Positions 18,101 to 27,340 of a stretch of 64,000 nucleotides of DNA are shown here, in pieces; within the stretch, counting starts at the first letter, position 1; each line of letters opens with the position of its first letter. Source of the stretch: Candidatus Omnitrophota bacterium (GTDB lineage Bacteria; Omnitrophota; Gorgyraeia; Gygaellales; Profunditerraquicolaceae). The notes below the pieces were generated by a model. That model did not search any database and was not told the DNA's origin. It saw nothing but the letters and a program-made list of their open reading frames with translations. Position numbers and translations under genes: made by a program. The stretch spans positions 10,244 through 74,243 of the forward strand of contig JALOQK010000001.1 in assembly GCA_025453395.1 (NCBI GenBank). The letters are read 5' to 3'.

Positions 18101-18333
18101 ATGATTTTCTCTAGACATTCCGGGGTCAAAGGCTCAATATAAGTCTTATCCGCCATTTCCGGATCAGTCATGATGGTGGCCGGATTAGAGTTAACTAAAA
18201 CTATTTCGTAACCGGCTTTTTTCAAGGCCTTGCAGGCTTGGGTGCCGGAATAATCAAATTCGCACGCCTGTCCGATAATTATTGGCCCAGAACCAATGAT
18301 CAATACTTTCTTGATGTCCGAACGCCGCGGCAT
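15130..18333 (-). CDS. carB: carbamoyl-phosphate synthase large subunit
   Basis: GSGPIIIGQACEFDYSG, NSNPATIMTD, GPNRIGQGIEFDY, MGS domain; start MPRRSD with GGAGG. Confidence 0.97.
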   Translation of the reverse strand: MPRRSDIKKVLIIGSGPIIIGQACEFDYSGTQACKALKKAGYEIVLVNSNPATIMTDPEMADKTYIEPLTPECLEKIIAKEKPDALLPNLGGQTGLNLASSLSKSGVLKKYGVEVIGVKADAIERGEDREVFKETMKNLGIPVPRSEIALSVEEAQKIAEKLSYPVVVRPAYTMGGTGSGIVYNVEELQVVAQRGLNLSLVHQVLIEEAVIGWEELELEVVRDQKNQKITVCFIENIDAMGVHTGDSFCVAPMLTVPQALQKKMQELSYKIVDAIGVVGGTNIQFAHNKKDGRLVVIEINPRTSRSSALASKATGFPIAMVSTRLAAGFNLDEIPYWRDGTLEKYTPSGDYVVIKFSRWAFEKFPKAKDVLGTQMKAVGEVMSIGKTFKEAFQKSIRSLEIGRYGLGGANNFKDLSLTELKSRLAMPSSQRVFLMYEALRKGISVEELYSMTHIGEWFIKEMKELVEFEEKLLSSAWEKLPDSDLIKAKEWGFSDRYIAKLYNIKEKIVRQRRLKLGKHVRYEKVPVSGVEDAAYYYSTYSPGKDEVEVSKNKKIMILGGGPNRIGQGIEFDYTCVHAAFALRDAGYESIMINCNPETVSTDYDTSNKLYFEPLTVEDVLAIYEKEKPEGVIVQFGGQTPLNIAQELKESGVKILGTTPESIAFAEDRELFRQKMIELDIPQPESGTARSLDEAVAIAGRIGYPLMVRPSFVLGGRGMQIIYDQQMLTKYATEAIQVRPEYPMLIDRFLDNALETEVDALCDGKETFVAAVMEHIEYAGVHSGDSACAIPPRTIKEEHLKIIRDYTDKIALTLGVVGLMNIQYAICNDKVYILEANPRASRTVPLVAKVTGYRIARIATDLMLGKKLKDFPELLKKRKITWTGVKEAVFPFNMFPEVDPVLGPEMKATGEVMGMADTFGAAFYKAQEAAGFKLPLKGSILLTVNDKDKPELLDIAKRLKKSGFNILSTTSTSAFLEKNGIENTLIKKLHEGRPNITDAIKNSQIQAVINTPAGRDSKFDDSYIRIMAIQLKIPYITTMAAARASIEAIEEALRGCLAPKALQEYHSL

Positions 18334-18353
18334 AAAATTCCCTCCTTGCCTAG

Positions 18354-18397
18354 AAAAGGCACACCGGCGCAATTCAAATAAGCGCCGGGTGTTGCCT
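18354..18397 (-). terminator. GC-rich hairpin plus short U-tract just upstream of the carB RBS
   Basis: AGGCAACACCCGGCGC/GCGCCGGTGTGCCT then TTTC. Confidence 0.55.
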
Positions 18398-18431
18398 AAT
18401 AATTACACACCTGGCCGACCGGGGTGCATAT

Positions 18432-18746
18432 CTACATCCCTATTTCTTTAAACATTATTTTATAATAAGACTCTATTGATTTGAACGCCTGAACCGACAA
18501 AACCCATAGAATATAAGATATAACTGCGACAATAACAGTGACGATGATTTTATTTCTTTGGCTTATCCTGGGATTTAGCCACAATAGCGGCAAGGCAAGA
18601 GGGCCCACGCATAAAAAAGCGGTAACCAATATTGAAGTCTTAAGATACCAAGGCACCTGCGGCTTTTCCTCCAGCATACTGCCGCAATGCTTGCATTTTA
18701 TAGCTTCATCTTGAATTTCTTCCGCGCAAAACGGGCATTTTTTCAT
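18432..18746 (-). CDS. zinc-ribbon (UPF0547-like) membrane protein
   Basis: [21 protein letters not shown] plus two TM helices. Confidence 0.85.
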   Translation of the reverse strand: MKKCPFCAEEIQDEAIKCKHCGSMLEEKPQVPWYLKTSILVTAFLCVGPLALPLLWLNPRISQRNKIIVTVIVAVISYILWVLSVQAFKSIESYYKIMFKEIGM

Positions 18747-18775
18747 GGCTACTCCACCCCTGTGGAGTCTTAAAG

Positions 18776-18804
18776 ACTATACATAAAACCCCTGCTAATG
18801 TCAA
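18776..18804 (-). promoter_or_regulatory. sigma70 promoter
   Basis: TTGACA-17 nt-TATAGT. Confidence 0.65.
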
Positions 18805-18808
18805 GCGC

Positions 18809-19192
18809 TTACTCGTTGCTATCTCGGACCTTGGCGCGCAGGGATTTCTTCTGTGAATGCCTGCGTTTTGCCTCTAAAACCTTTAGTTTCGCCTGGCGCG
18901 ATCTCTTACGCTTTTGCCTGCGGATTTTCTCAATGCGTTTTTTCTCTTCGGAAAGCTCGCCCAAAACTTGGGATTCAATTTTCTTTAACAAAATCCTGCG
19001 GGCGAGAAAGCGATTTTGAGCTTGCGAGCGTTCTTGCTGGCATTTAACTTCAATACCAGTTGGGATATGACGCAAGAAAACACAAGTAGCGACTTTATTC
19101 ACATTCTGACCGCCGGGGCCTTGAGCGCGGATAAATTTCTCTTCCAAGTCACTCTCCCGCACCCCCAACCGCGCCATCATTTCTTTTATCAT
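18809..19192 (-). CDS. GGQ peptidyl-tRNA hydrolase, C12orf65/ArfB-like rescue factor
   Basis: [29 protein letters not shown], basic C-terminal tail. Confidence 0.9.
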   Translation of the reverse strand: MIKEMMARLGVRESDLEEKFIRAQGPGGQNVNKVATCVFLRHIPTGIEVKCQQERSQAQNRFLARRILLKKIESQVLGELSEEKKRIEKIRRQKRKRSRQAKLKVLEAKRRHSQKKSLRAKVRDSNE

Positions 19193-19195
19193 ATT

Positions 19196-19250
19196 GTAGA
19201 CGCTTTAGCTAACCTCATGCAACACAAATAATTACAAAACAATTCCGGGT
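19196..19250 (+). repeat. about 55-bp dispersed element, copy 2 (inverted)
   Basis: GTAGACGCTTTAGCTAACC...AACAATTCCGGGT. Confidence 0.8.
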
Positions 19251-19379
19251 GACGATTTATTAACACCTTAAGCTTATATCTAATTTATTATACCTTTGCC
19301 TATCTCACCTTGGCACAAGCGATGTTCTCCTTACACATTATATCCCCCTCATATTGTTTTAACAACTATTTATGCCGGC

Positions 19380-20474
19380 TTAATAGAGCCTGCCTGCGAG
19401 CATAAAATATATGCCGAAGGCACAGAGCATAACTGCGCAGAAAACATAAAAAACATAAAGCAGTAACCGAAAACGACAAGCGCAGGCAATGGCAATGAAA
19501 CAGGGAAAAATCACACTTAAGAACCTGCCCATAGATTGCAAACTGGTTAAAACAGGCGTGATGATCAGACAAAAAGCAAACAACGCATACCCGGCCTTTA
19601 AATAGCGCAGGACATTCCTCAGTGAAAAAATAAAAAAAAGCGTTAAGATAACGTAGAAAAGATAAAGAATGGCCTTGTCATCGGCCAGAAAATTACTAAA
19701 GGCATAATTCAAGCGGCTGAAGTTAAACAGGCCCCTTTCCCAGGCTAGTTCAGTAGAACGCAGCATAAATAAAGGATTTGTCCCGAACCTCATCCAAAGA
19801 TAACCCATATAAAATAAAAACCCCAGCGGAATAATCAAAAGGCAGTAAAAATTTGCCCTTATCCTTCTGCGGTCAAACTCAATCTTTTCCAGATAACGCA
19901 GGATCAAAGCCGGCAACAGGAAAAGCCCGACAGCCCTGCTGGCAGAGCAAAACATCGCGGATAAAGCCGCCTTACCCCAGTTGTCTCTTTCCGCATAATA
20001 AAAACTTAATACTGCCAAAAGCAGGAATAATGATTCAGCGTAAGCGGTAGAATAAAAAAATGAAAAAGGGAAAAGCGCCAACAGCAAGGTAGAATCCCAG
20101 GCCGCGCGTTCACCAAATTGCTGCTGCACAAGTTTATATAGAAAAACCAGCGCCAGTAAAAAACAGGCATTTGAGATTATAACTGCGGTAAGCGCAAGGT
20201 TATGAAAAAAGAGATTAAAAAAGAAAACCAGCATGGGGTATAGCGGGAAGAAAACAATATTCGAGCGGCCCGAGGGAACATAGGAGTAGCCGTTTTCTAC
20301 GATAGAGAAATACCACCCGCTATCAGCCCGCGCCCAATGTCGCAGCCATGCATCCAGGCTCAAGGGCGCTCCTAAATTATGCATACTGCAGGCAAATGCG
20401 GCATAAACTGCCGATAGCAAAAGTATCCGGCTGATAAGAAAAATAAATAAAGGTGCGGCCTGTTTTCTATTCAT
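19380..20474 (-). CDS. GT-C mannosyltransferase family protein (PIG-V-like)
   Basis: RADSGWY..I...GY, FFPLYP, YAESLF, multi-TM. Confidence 0.85.
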   Translation of the reverse strand: MNRKQAAPLFIFLISRILLLSAVYAAFACSMHNLGAPLSLDAWLRHWARADSGWYFSIVENGYSYVPSGRSNIVFFPLYPMLVFFFNLFFHNLALTAVIISNACFLLALVFLYKLVQQQFGERAAWDSTLLLALFPFSFFYSTAYAESLFLLLAVLSFYYAERDNWGKAALSAMFCSASRAVGLFLLPALILRYLEKIEFDRRRIRANFYCLLIIPLGFLFYMGYLWMRFGTNPLFMLRSTELAWERGLFNFSRLNYAFSNFLADDKAILYLFYVILTLFFIFSLRNVLRYLKAGYALFAFCLIITPVLTSLQSMGRFLSVIFPCFIAIACACRFRLLLYVFYVFCAVMLCAFGIYFMLAGRLY

Positions 20475-20492
20475 CGCTCCTACAGCCCCCTA

Positions 20493-22019
20493 TCACCAAT
20501 CAATGGGAAAATAATCTTTTAAAAACTTTCCGCACCAATGTTCACCACTTAAGATTCCGTGAAAAAATGGATCGCACGCCCTTGCCGCTCCGTCCACAAT
20601 ATCTAACGGCGGCTGGAAATCATGTTTTTCTTTTTTGTAAGCAGCCAATGCTGCCGGGTCCTCATCAGTCACCCATCCTGTATCCACCGCATTCATAAAA
20701 ATTCCATATTTTGCCAAATCACCGGAAGAAGTGTGCGTCAACATATTTAAGGCGGCCTTGGCCATATTCGTATGCGGGTGGCGCGAATCTTTTTCAAAGC
20801 GGAAAAATTTCCCCTCCATCGCCGAAACATTCACAATATGTTTGCATCCGGTATTATCGCGTTTCATCATATTGGATAATTTATTACACAAAACAAATGG
20901 CGCGATAGAATTAACTAACTGCAGCTCCAGCATCTCGGCGGTAGGAACTTCGCCCAAACGCAAACGCCAGCTATTAACCTTACGCAAATCCACCTGCTGT
21001 AAATCCGCATCAAGCTTCCCAACAGGGAAAACTTCTTCCACCGCCAAACCCTGATCATAGGAATAAGGTATTTGCGAAAGTTTCGCCGAGGCGCGCAATC
21101 CCACACCGGTTATTTTCCCGTCCCAAGCTACAGGAAGGTTGGATTCTTTTGGCGCATCAAGCCTGCTTTTGCATTCTTCAAAATGCGCCAAAGGCATTCG
21201 CGTTCTTTCAGGTAAATCTTGAAAATTTAAATTCTCATTTTGCATAAGATGCGCGTAAAATCCCGGCGGCCGGCGCACAGTCTGGGCGGCGTTATTGATT
21301 AAAATATCAAGCCGGTCATATTTTTGTTGAATATAAGAGCAAAAAAGCTCAACACTTGGGATGTGGCGCAAGTCTAATCCATAAATATGCAAACGATCTG
21401 CCCACTTAGCGTAATCCTCTTCTTTGGAAAATCTTAAAGCCGAATCAATGGGAAATCTAGTTGTGGCAACAACCTTAGCCCCTGCGCGAAGCATCATCAA
21501 TGTTGCCTGATAACCGATCTTTAAGCGCGAACCAGTGATTAAAGCAGTCTTCCCCTCAAGAGGCGCGGTCTGAAACCTTTTTTGATAATTAAATTCCGCG
21601 CAAGATGGGCACATAGAATCATAGAAAAAATGCAGTTTTTTATATTCGGCTTTGCAGATATAACAATTCCGGGGAGATTTTAATTCGCTAAAGTGTTTCG
21701 GATCAATATTTTCTTGAGTAATTATTTTTGGCGCGCTAAAAACAGCTTCTTCTCTGGCCTTGCGGATGCCGGTATTTGCCCGGGCAAAGCGTTCCAACTT
21801 CAGCACCCTTTGAGTCTTGGCTTGCTTAATATCCTTATTGCGCTTCTTAATCTCATTTCTGTCTGGATAAGCTAAACGACCAGCGGCTTTCATCAAAGCA
21901 ACACGTTGCTGCTGGGAAAGAAGCATCAATTGCGAGCTGTCTTGGGCTAGAGCCTGAACGAATGCTATGTTCGCTGATATTTCTTCTTGAGTAAGATTAT
22001 TTTTCTTACGCATTAACAT
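20493..22019 (-). CDS. SDR-family oxidoreductase with N-terminal CxxC..CxxC region
   Basis: [27 protein letters not shown]; CYICK..CPSC. Confidence 0.88.
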   Translation of the reverse strand: MLMRKKNNLTQEEISANIAFVQALAQDSSQLMLLSQQQRVALMKAAGRLAYPDRNEIKKRNKDIKQAKTQRVLKLERFARANTGIRKAREEAVFSAPKIITQENIDPKHFSELKSPRNCYICKAEYKKLHFFYDSMCPSCAEFNYQKRFQTAPLEGKTALITGSRLKIGYQATLMMLRAGAKVVATTRFPIDSALRFSKEEDYAKWADRLHIYGLDLRHIPSVELFCSYIQQKYDRLDILINNAAQTVRRPPGFYAHLMQNENLNFQDLPERTRMPLAHFEECKSRLDAPKESNLPVAWDGKITGVGLRASAKLSQIPYSYDQGLAVEEVFPVGKLDADLQQVDLRKVNSWRLRLGEVPTAEMLELQLVNSIAPFVLCNKLSNMMKRDNTGCKHIVNVSAMEGKFFRFEKDSRHPHTNMAKAALNMLTHTSSGDLAKYGIFMNAVDTGWVTDEDPAALAAYKKEKHDFQPPLDIVDGAARACDPFFHGILSGEHWCGKFLKDYFPIDW

Positions 22020-22021
22020 TC

Positions 22022-22516
22022 TTAACGATAATTTCCAAAAGCTAACGGCAGGGAAAAATCAAGAGTCCTTAAGTGCGCGATAACTTGCTGTAAATCATCT
22101 TTTTTAGCTGAGGATACCTTTATTTTCTCGCCTTCAATTTGGGTTTGCACTTTTAGGCCCAAATTCTTAATGATCGTATTTAACTCTTTTGCTCTCTCCT
22201 TATCAATACCCATATTGATTTCTACTTTCTGACGTAAATAACCCTCGAAAGCTTTTTCCGGGTCATTAAATTTCAGAGACTTTAATGATATCCCGCGCTT
22301 GGCCATACGAGTAACCAGCATATCGGTAAGCGCCCGAAGTTTAAAATCATTATCCGCAACTAAAGTAACCAGTTTTTCCTTACGGTCAAAGACAATCGAG
22401 GCCTTACTGTCCTTAAAATCATACCTCTGGGCAAGCTCTTTGGTTGCCTGATTCACCGCGTTATCCATTTCCTGCAAGTCAACTTCCGAAACAATATCAA
22501 AAGAAAAATTCGCCAT
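22022..22516 (-). CDS. yajQ: YajQ-family nucleotide-binding protein
   Basis: [15 protein letters not shown]...RYDFK, KDDLQ, NYR end. Confidence 0.95.
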   Translation of the reverse strand: MANFSFDIVSEVDLQEMDNAVNQATKELAQRYDFKDSKASIVFDRKEKLVTLVADNDFKLRALTDMLVTRMAKRGISLKSLKFNDPEKAFEGYLRQKVEINMGIDKERAKELNTIIKNLGLKVQTQIEGEKIKVSSAKKDDLQQVIAHLRTLDFSLPLAFGNYR

Positions 22517-22538
22517 GTTTAGTTTTCCTCTCTAATCA

Positions 22539-22594
22539 TACCCGGATTTTATTTGTAAATCATTATCCCACATCGGTTTAGCTAAAGCGTCTAC
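22539..22594 (-). repeat. about 55-bp dispersed element, copy 3
   Basis: GTAGACGCTTTAGCTAAACCGATG...AATCCGGGTA. Confidence 0.8.
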
Positions 22595-22600
22595 TGAACT

Positions 22601-22653
22601 AGAAAAGGCGGTTCTCATTCTTCCGTTATCAGGAATCACAGAGCCGCCTGTCT
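22601..22653. repeat. REP-like palindrome related to 2230-2283
   Basis: AGGCGGTTCT..TTCC.TTATCAGGAATCA.AGAGCCGCCT. Confidence 0.6.
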
Positions 22654-22661
22654 TGCTCAAC

Positions 22662-23639
22662 CTATAGATAAGTTTTTTTGTCCAGATAAGAAGTATAATC
22701 TTTTATTGCTTCTTCAAGTGAAGTGAATTTATGTTTACACCCGCAGGCGCTTAATTTATCCATCTTGGCTTGAGTATAATATTGATACTGCCCCTTTATT
22801 TCAGGCGGCATTTCAATATATTCTATTTTTGGGGATTTTCCTAAAGACGAGAACATGGAAAGCGCCACATCGTTCCAACTGCGCGCTTTTCCGGTACCTA
22901 AGTTATAAATTCCTGTCTTATCTAGATTCTTATAAAAATAATACATGACTTCAACAGCGTCTTTGACGTAAATAAAATCCCTTTTCTGCTCACCGTCTTT
23001 ATAACCTTCGCAATAAGATTTAAAAAGCCGCATTGACTTGCCCTCTTTTAATTCATCAAAACGCTTGCAGATAACACTCATCATCTCTTTTTTATGGTAT
23101 TCATTTGGGCCAAAGACATTGAAAAACTTTAATCCCACAGCTTTCTTAAGTAGATCATTCCGCAACAGCCACAGATCAAAGAGGTGTTTGGTGTAACCGT
23201 AAATATTAAGCGGCTGTAAACCTGACAAAGATTTTTCGGCATCATCATAGCCTAAACAGCCGTCTCCGTAAGTCGCTGCTGATGAAGCATAAATAAACTT
23301 GGCCTTATGAGAGAACGCCCACAAAGCAAGCCGCTTGGAATATTCGTAGTTGTTTTTTAAAAAATAAGAGGCGTCATTAAGGATAGTTGAACTGCAGGCG
23401 CCCATGTGAACAACTGTTTTTATTTCAGGCAGTTTCCCAGACTCTAAAATATCCAGAAAATCATTCTTCTGGATATAATCAATAAACTTCTTTCCGGAAA
23501 GATTCTTCCACTTATCGCCTGAATCAAGGTTATCCACAACGATAATATCGCTTACTCCCTGCTGGTTAAGCTTCCACAAGAAGCAACTTCCGATGAATCC
23601 TGCCCCGCCGGTTAAAATAGTGATTTCTCTCTTAGCCAT
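22662..23639 (-). CDS. hldD: ADP-L-glycero-D-manno-heptose 6-epimerase
   Basis: TGGAGFIGS, GACSST, YASSAATYG, YGYTK, FNVFGPNEYHK, YQYYTQA. Confidence 0.93.
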   Translation of the reverse strand: MAKREITILTGGAGFIGSCFLWKLNQQGVSDIIVVDNLDSGDKWKNLSGKKFIDYIQKNDFLDILESGKLPEIKTVVHMGACSSTILNDASYFLKNNYEYSKRLALWAFSHKAKFIYASSAATYGDGCLGYDDAEKSLSGLQPLNIYGYTKHLFDLWLLRNDLLKKAVGLKFFNVFGPNEYHKKEMMSVICKRFDELKEGKSMRLFKSYCEGYKDGEQKRDFIYVKDAVEVMYYFYKNLDKTGIYNLGTGKARSWNDVALSMFSSLGKSPKIEYIEMPPEIKGQYQYYTQAKMDKLSACGCKHKFTSLEEAIKDYTSYLDKKTYL

Positions 23640-23703
23640 AATTGAATATTATACTATAAGTTACACAAGAAATAAAGGGGGCAATTCCATTAAAGCGCCC
23701 CTT

Positions 23704-24702
23704 TTACCATCTCCACCCCGCGCCAATAAGCACAGCCTTTTCTTTCTTTTCCGCAAGAAGGCGCAAATAAATCTGCCCGTTTCCTTTAAAAATATCACGC
23801 GACAGTTCTAACTCAGCGCATATTTTCTTATTCAAGCTGTTCCTAAGCTTAAATGATACTGTGCCTTTATCTCTAAGCTTGGCCTCTGCGCCAAAAACAA
23901 TTTCCTGTATTTTCCTTTCGCCGCAGCGCACTTCAAAAACCAAACCTATGTCTTCCTTTATCTTCCATTGGCCAAACAGAGTAACTACGCGCTTGAGCGG
24001 ATTATTCTTGCGCGATAGTACGATACCCAATTCATATTTAATAAATCCGTCTTTAAACAAGCCTGCGCTTATACGAAAATCAAATGCCGAGCCTGAATCC
24101 GCGTCTAAAACATAAGATAATCTCGCCTTATCTTTGATGTCCCAATACCCTTTAAAAATAAGAGTATGGATATCTTTGTTTCTGCGAACCAGATTCTTTC
24201 TTTGATAAGAATAGATGATCTGGTATTTTTCATTTATTTCCCATGCTCCTTGAAAAACCAGAATATCAGATTCGCCTTGCCCCTTATCTACTTCAAAAGT
24301 AAGCCGGTTGCGCTTATCCACCTGCCAGCAGCCGGAAAGCTCTAAGGTATAAAGCGAAGTCATGCCGTTTTTTGTATGAGTGGTAACCGCAAAAAGAAGC
24401 GAATTACTTTTGACATCCAGTATTTCACCCTGCAAGGTCAACTGCTGGCCAAAAGTTTCCCTTTTTGACTGGTCCAAGGTAAGGCGCAGCTTGTGATCTT
24501 CTGTTAAAGACCAGATACCTTTTAATTTCAGTTGATGCGGGGATTTTACTCCTTTAGGAACAGGATATTTTACATGGTAAGATAAAATATTTTGGCTGGA
24601 TATCTTGAATTGCCCGTCTAAAACCTTTCTTGATCCGCGCAAGGCGCTGTTCTTAACCGTTATCCTATTATACGGGTCAAGCTCATATCTTATTTTTTCC
24701 AT
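23704..24702 (-). CDS. hypothetical beta-rich protein with GxW repeats
   Basis: 332-aa ORF 1 nt after the hydF stop; repeated (L/F)xGxW units; ends GAGWRW. Confidence 0.75.
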   Translation of the reverse strand: MEKIRYELDPYNRITVKNSALRGSRKVLDGQFKISSQNILSYHVKYPVPKGVKSPHQLKLKGIWSLTEDHKLRLTLDQSKRETFGQQLTLQGEILDVKSNSLLFAVTTHTKNGMTSLYTLELSGCWQVDKRNRLTFEVDKGQGESDILVFQGAWEINEKYQIIYSYQRKNLVRRNKDIHTLIFKGYWDIKDKARLSYVLDADSGSAFDFRISAGLFKDGFIKYELGIVLSRKNNPLKRVVTLFGQWKIKEDIGLVFEVRCGERKIQEIVFGAEAKLRDKGTVSFKLRNSLNKKICAELELSRDIFKGNGQIYLRLLAEKKEKAVLIGAGWRW

Positions 24703-24703
24703 A

Positions 24704-25960
24704 TTACTTATTAGCTGTTATCTTCCCTGCGAGTTGGCTCTGGTAAGCGTCCAGGGCCGCAGGGAACGGCGAGAGCGTGCGCTTGATCACTCCCTGCACA
24801 ACCGATACTGCCATGCCGTAATTAGTGATAGCCACGCCTGCCTCTTTGGCCTTCTGGATACGAAAAAGCATTTCCCTGCGAGTCAGCATGCAACCTCCGC
24901 AGTGAATGACTAATTTATACTCGCTTAAATTCTCCGGATAATCTTTTCCGGAAGAAACATCAATCTGGATATCCCCTCCTATATATTGGCGCAGCCACCT
25001 GGGGATCTTGACCCTGCCGATATCGTCCTCAATGGCGTGATGACTGCAGGCCTCGGAAATCAAAACCTTATCTTGGGGTTTAAGCTTTTCAATGACTGCC
25101 GCGCCGCGGGCAGCCTCAATCAAATCTCCTTTGTAACGGGAAAAGAGAATGGAAAAAGTCGTGCATTTAACATTAACCGGCGTATCGGCAACCATCTTCA
25201 ACACCACTTGGGAATCACAGACCACAATATCTGGAGGATTTTTTAATTTATCAAGCACTGCGGCGTATTCCCTTTCCTTAACTACCACAACCCCTGAATC
25301 ATTATCCAAGGCATCGCGGATTGCCTGCACCTGCGGCAAGATAAGCCTGCCCTTAGGCGCCTGTAAATCTATCGGAACGATCAAAACCGCCAATCCTGCG
25401 GCAGGAAGAAGGTCTCCAATTAAAGGCGGCGGATTCAGAAATTCATCCGGGCAGACATTAAGGATATGCTCTTTCAAGGCGTTCAGGTATTTATCGCGAT
25501 TGGCAAGGTCCAGGCTGGAACAGGAAATAACCCGCGGCACTTTTATCCCGGAAAGAAATTCCTCATCAGGCGCTTTCAGATCAGTTTTATTCACAACCGC
25601 GATAAGCGGAATTTTTCTTTTTTGGGCCTCTTCAACAACCTGATTCTCATAAGCGTCCCAGTTTCCCGCTTCTGTTAAAAGCACAATCACATCCGAACGG
25701 TCAAAGACCTTGCGGGTTTTCTTAAGCCTTGCCTCGCCCAGAAGCGAGCTGTCATCAAGCCCGGCAGTATCCAGAAACACAACTGGCCCCACCGGCAATA
25801 ATTCCATTGTTTTTTCCACCACATCGGTAGTAGTTCCGGCGATAGAAGATGTGATAGCAATATCCTGCCCGGCAACCAGGTTCAGGAAACTTGATTTGCC
25901 GACATTAGTCCTGCCGAAGATACCAATATGCAAACGCAGTGATTTAGGAGTTTTTTTCAT
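24704..25960 (-). CDS. hydF: [FeFe]-hydrogenase maturation GTPase HydF
   Basis: GRTNVGKSS, DTAG, NKTD, PKGRLILPQ, EACSHH, HCGGC. Confidence 0.97.
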   Translation of the reverse strand: MKKTPKSLRLHIGIFGRTNVGKSSFLNLVAGQDIAITSSIAGTTTDVVEKTMELLPVGPVVFLDTAGLDDSSLLGEARLKKTRKVFDRSDVIVLLTEAGNWDAYENQVVEEAQKRKIPLIAVVNKTDLKAPDEEFLSGIKVPRVISCSSLDLANRDKYLNALKEHILNVCPDEFLNPPPLIGDLLPAAGLAVLIVPIDLQAPKGRLILPQVQAIRDALDNDSGVVVVKEREYAAVLDKLKNPPDIVVCDSQVVLKMVADTPVNVKCTTFSILFSRYKGDLIEAARGAAVIEKLKPQDKVLISEACSHHAIEDDIGRVKIPRWLRQYIGGDIQIDVSSGKDYPENLSEYKLVIHCGGCMLTRREMLFRIQKAKEAGVAITNYGMAVSVVQGVIKRTLSPFPAALDAYQSQLAGKITANK

Positions 25961-27332
25961 CTTGTTTGTAGCCTAAAGAAATAAGGTTATACGGATCAAA
26001 TACCTTATCTATCAATTGCTTCCCCAGTTTCTCCTCAAGAAACAAGCGCAGGTCTTCTTTCGCGGATTTTCTGAATTCATCAAGAAGCGCTTGCGCTCTA
26101 TCGTAACCGATATAAGGCAATAAAGCGGTAACAATCGCCGGGCTTCTGTTAAAATACCAGAGGCATTTTTCCGGATTGGCGATTATCCCGGAGGCGTGCG
26201 CGGCAAATATACGGTTTGTATTGATTAAAACATCCAGCGACTCAAGCAATGCCTGAGCAATAGAGGGCATAAACTCATTTATCTGCAGGCTTCCTGAAGA
26301 ACAGGATTGAGTGATAATAAGGTCATTAGCAATAACTTTCATCCCGGCTTGCGCAACTACTTCCAAGATCACCGGATTAATTTTCCCCGGCATAATTGAA
26401 GAGCCGGCTTGCGCTTTGGCTAGAGAAATCTCTCCCAAAAGATTCAACAAGCGCAGGTCATGGGAAATTTTTATTAAATTTGAAGCATGGGCTTTTAATA
26501 TTCCGGAAACCTCCACAAAGCTATCGCTGTTGGCGGTCTGGTCAAGCACTGTCTCGCCTCTTGCCAAGCCAAGGCCGGTCGCCTGGCGCAGGGTTTCTAT
26601 GACTAAGAAAATATAACTGCGCGGCGCGGTTAAACCTGTGCCTACCGCGGTCCCGCCGATATTAACCAAACGCAAGCGCTCTTCGCATTTAAAAGCCCTC
26701 CAGCGGTCGCGGGCAACAGCCTCGCTAAAGGCGCTAAATTCCAAACCCAAAGTTATGGGAACAGCTTCCTGTAATTCGGTCCGGCCGATTTTAACAACCT
26801 TAGCGAATTCCTTTTCTTTTTTCTGAAAAACTCCCTGAAGCCCGGCGATCTGTGCGCTTAATTCCCGGAATTTAAAGATAGCCGCAATCTTTAAAGCTGT
26901 AGGATATGTGTCGTTGGTAGATTGATTGAGATTAACGTCCTGGATCGGATTGACCAAAGTATAATCGCCAATTTTTCCGCCCAAGATTTCAATCGCGCGA
27001 TTAGCCAAAACTTCGTTCACATTCATATTGGTAGATGTTCCGGAGCCGCCTTGCAAAGCATCAACCGGAAAGGATTCAATAAATTTCCCCTCTGCAATTT
27101 CATCGCAAGCCTGAATGATCGCGCCAGCTTTTTGATCATCCAGAAGTTTTAATTCGCGATTTGCCTGGGCGCAGGCTTTTTTCACCAGGCAATAAGCCTT
27201 GATCAAGGAAAAATTTACTTTTTGCCCGGTAAGCGGGAAATTCTCCAGCGCCCTTTGAGTATGGATTCCCCAATAAACACCTGAGGCGATTTTCATTTCA
27301 CCAAGCGAATCTTTTTCTCTGCGATATTCCAT
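25944..27332 (-). CDS. aspA: aspartate ammonia-lyase
   Basis: EKDSLG, GTSTNMNVNE, QSTND, GSSIMPGKINP; start MEYRRE. Confidence 0.88.
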   Translation of the reverse strand: MEYRREKDSLGEMKIASGVYWGIHTQRALENFPLTGQKVNFSLIKAYCLVKKACAQANRELKLLDDQKAGAIIQACDEIAEGKFIESFPVDALQGGSGTSTNMNVNEVLANRAIEILGGKIGDYTLVNPIQDVNLNQSTNDTYPTALKIAAIFKFRELSAQIAGLQGVFQKKEKEFAKVVKIGRTELQEAVPITLGLEFSAFSEAVARDRWRAFKCEERLRLVNIGGTAVGTGLTAPRSYIFLVIETLRQATGLGLARGETVLDQTANSDSFVEVSGILKAHASNLIKISHDLRLLNLLGEISLAKAQAGSSIMPGKINPVILEVVAQAGMKVIANDLIITQSCSSGSLQINEFMPSIAQALLESLDVLINTNRIFAAHASGIIANPEKCLWYFNRSPAIVTALLPYIGYDRAQALLDEFRKSAKEDLRLFLEEKLGKQLIDKVFDPYNLISLGYKQDEKNS

Positions 27333-27340
27333 ATTCACCT

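Noticed and set aside
18809-19192. PrfH partner of RtcB
   Set aside because: About 15 kb from rtcB, only 127 aa, lacks the PrfH N-terminal domain and has a basic tail.
19300-19338. 12-codon ORF MCKENIACAKVR with G-rich RBS
   Set aside because: Too short to support and overlaps a plausible promoter region.
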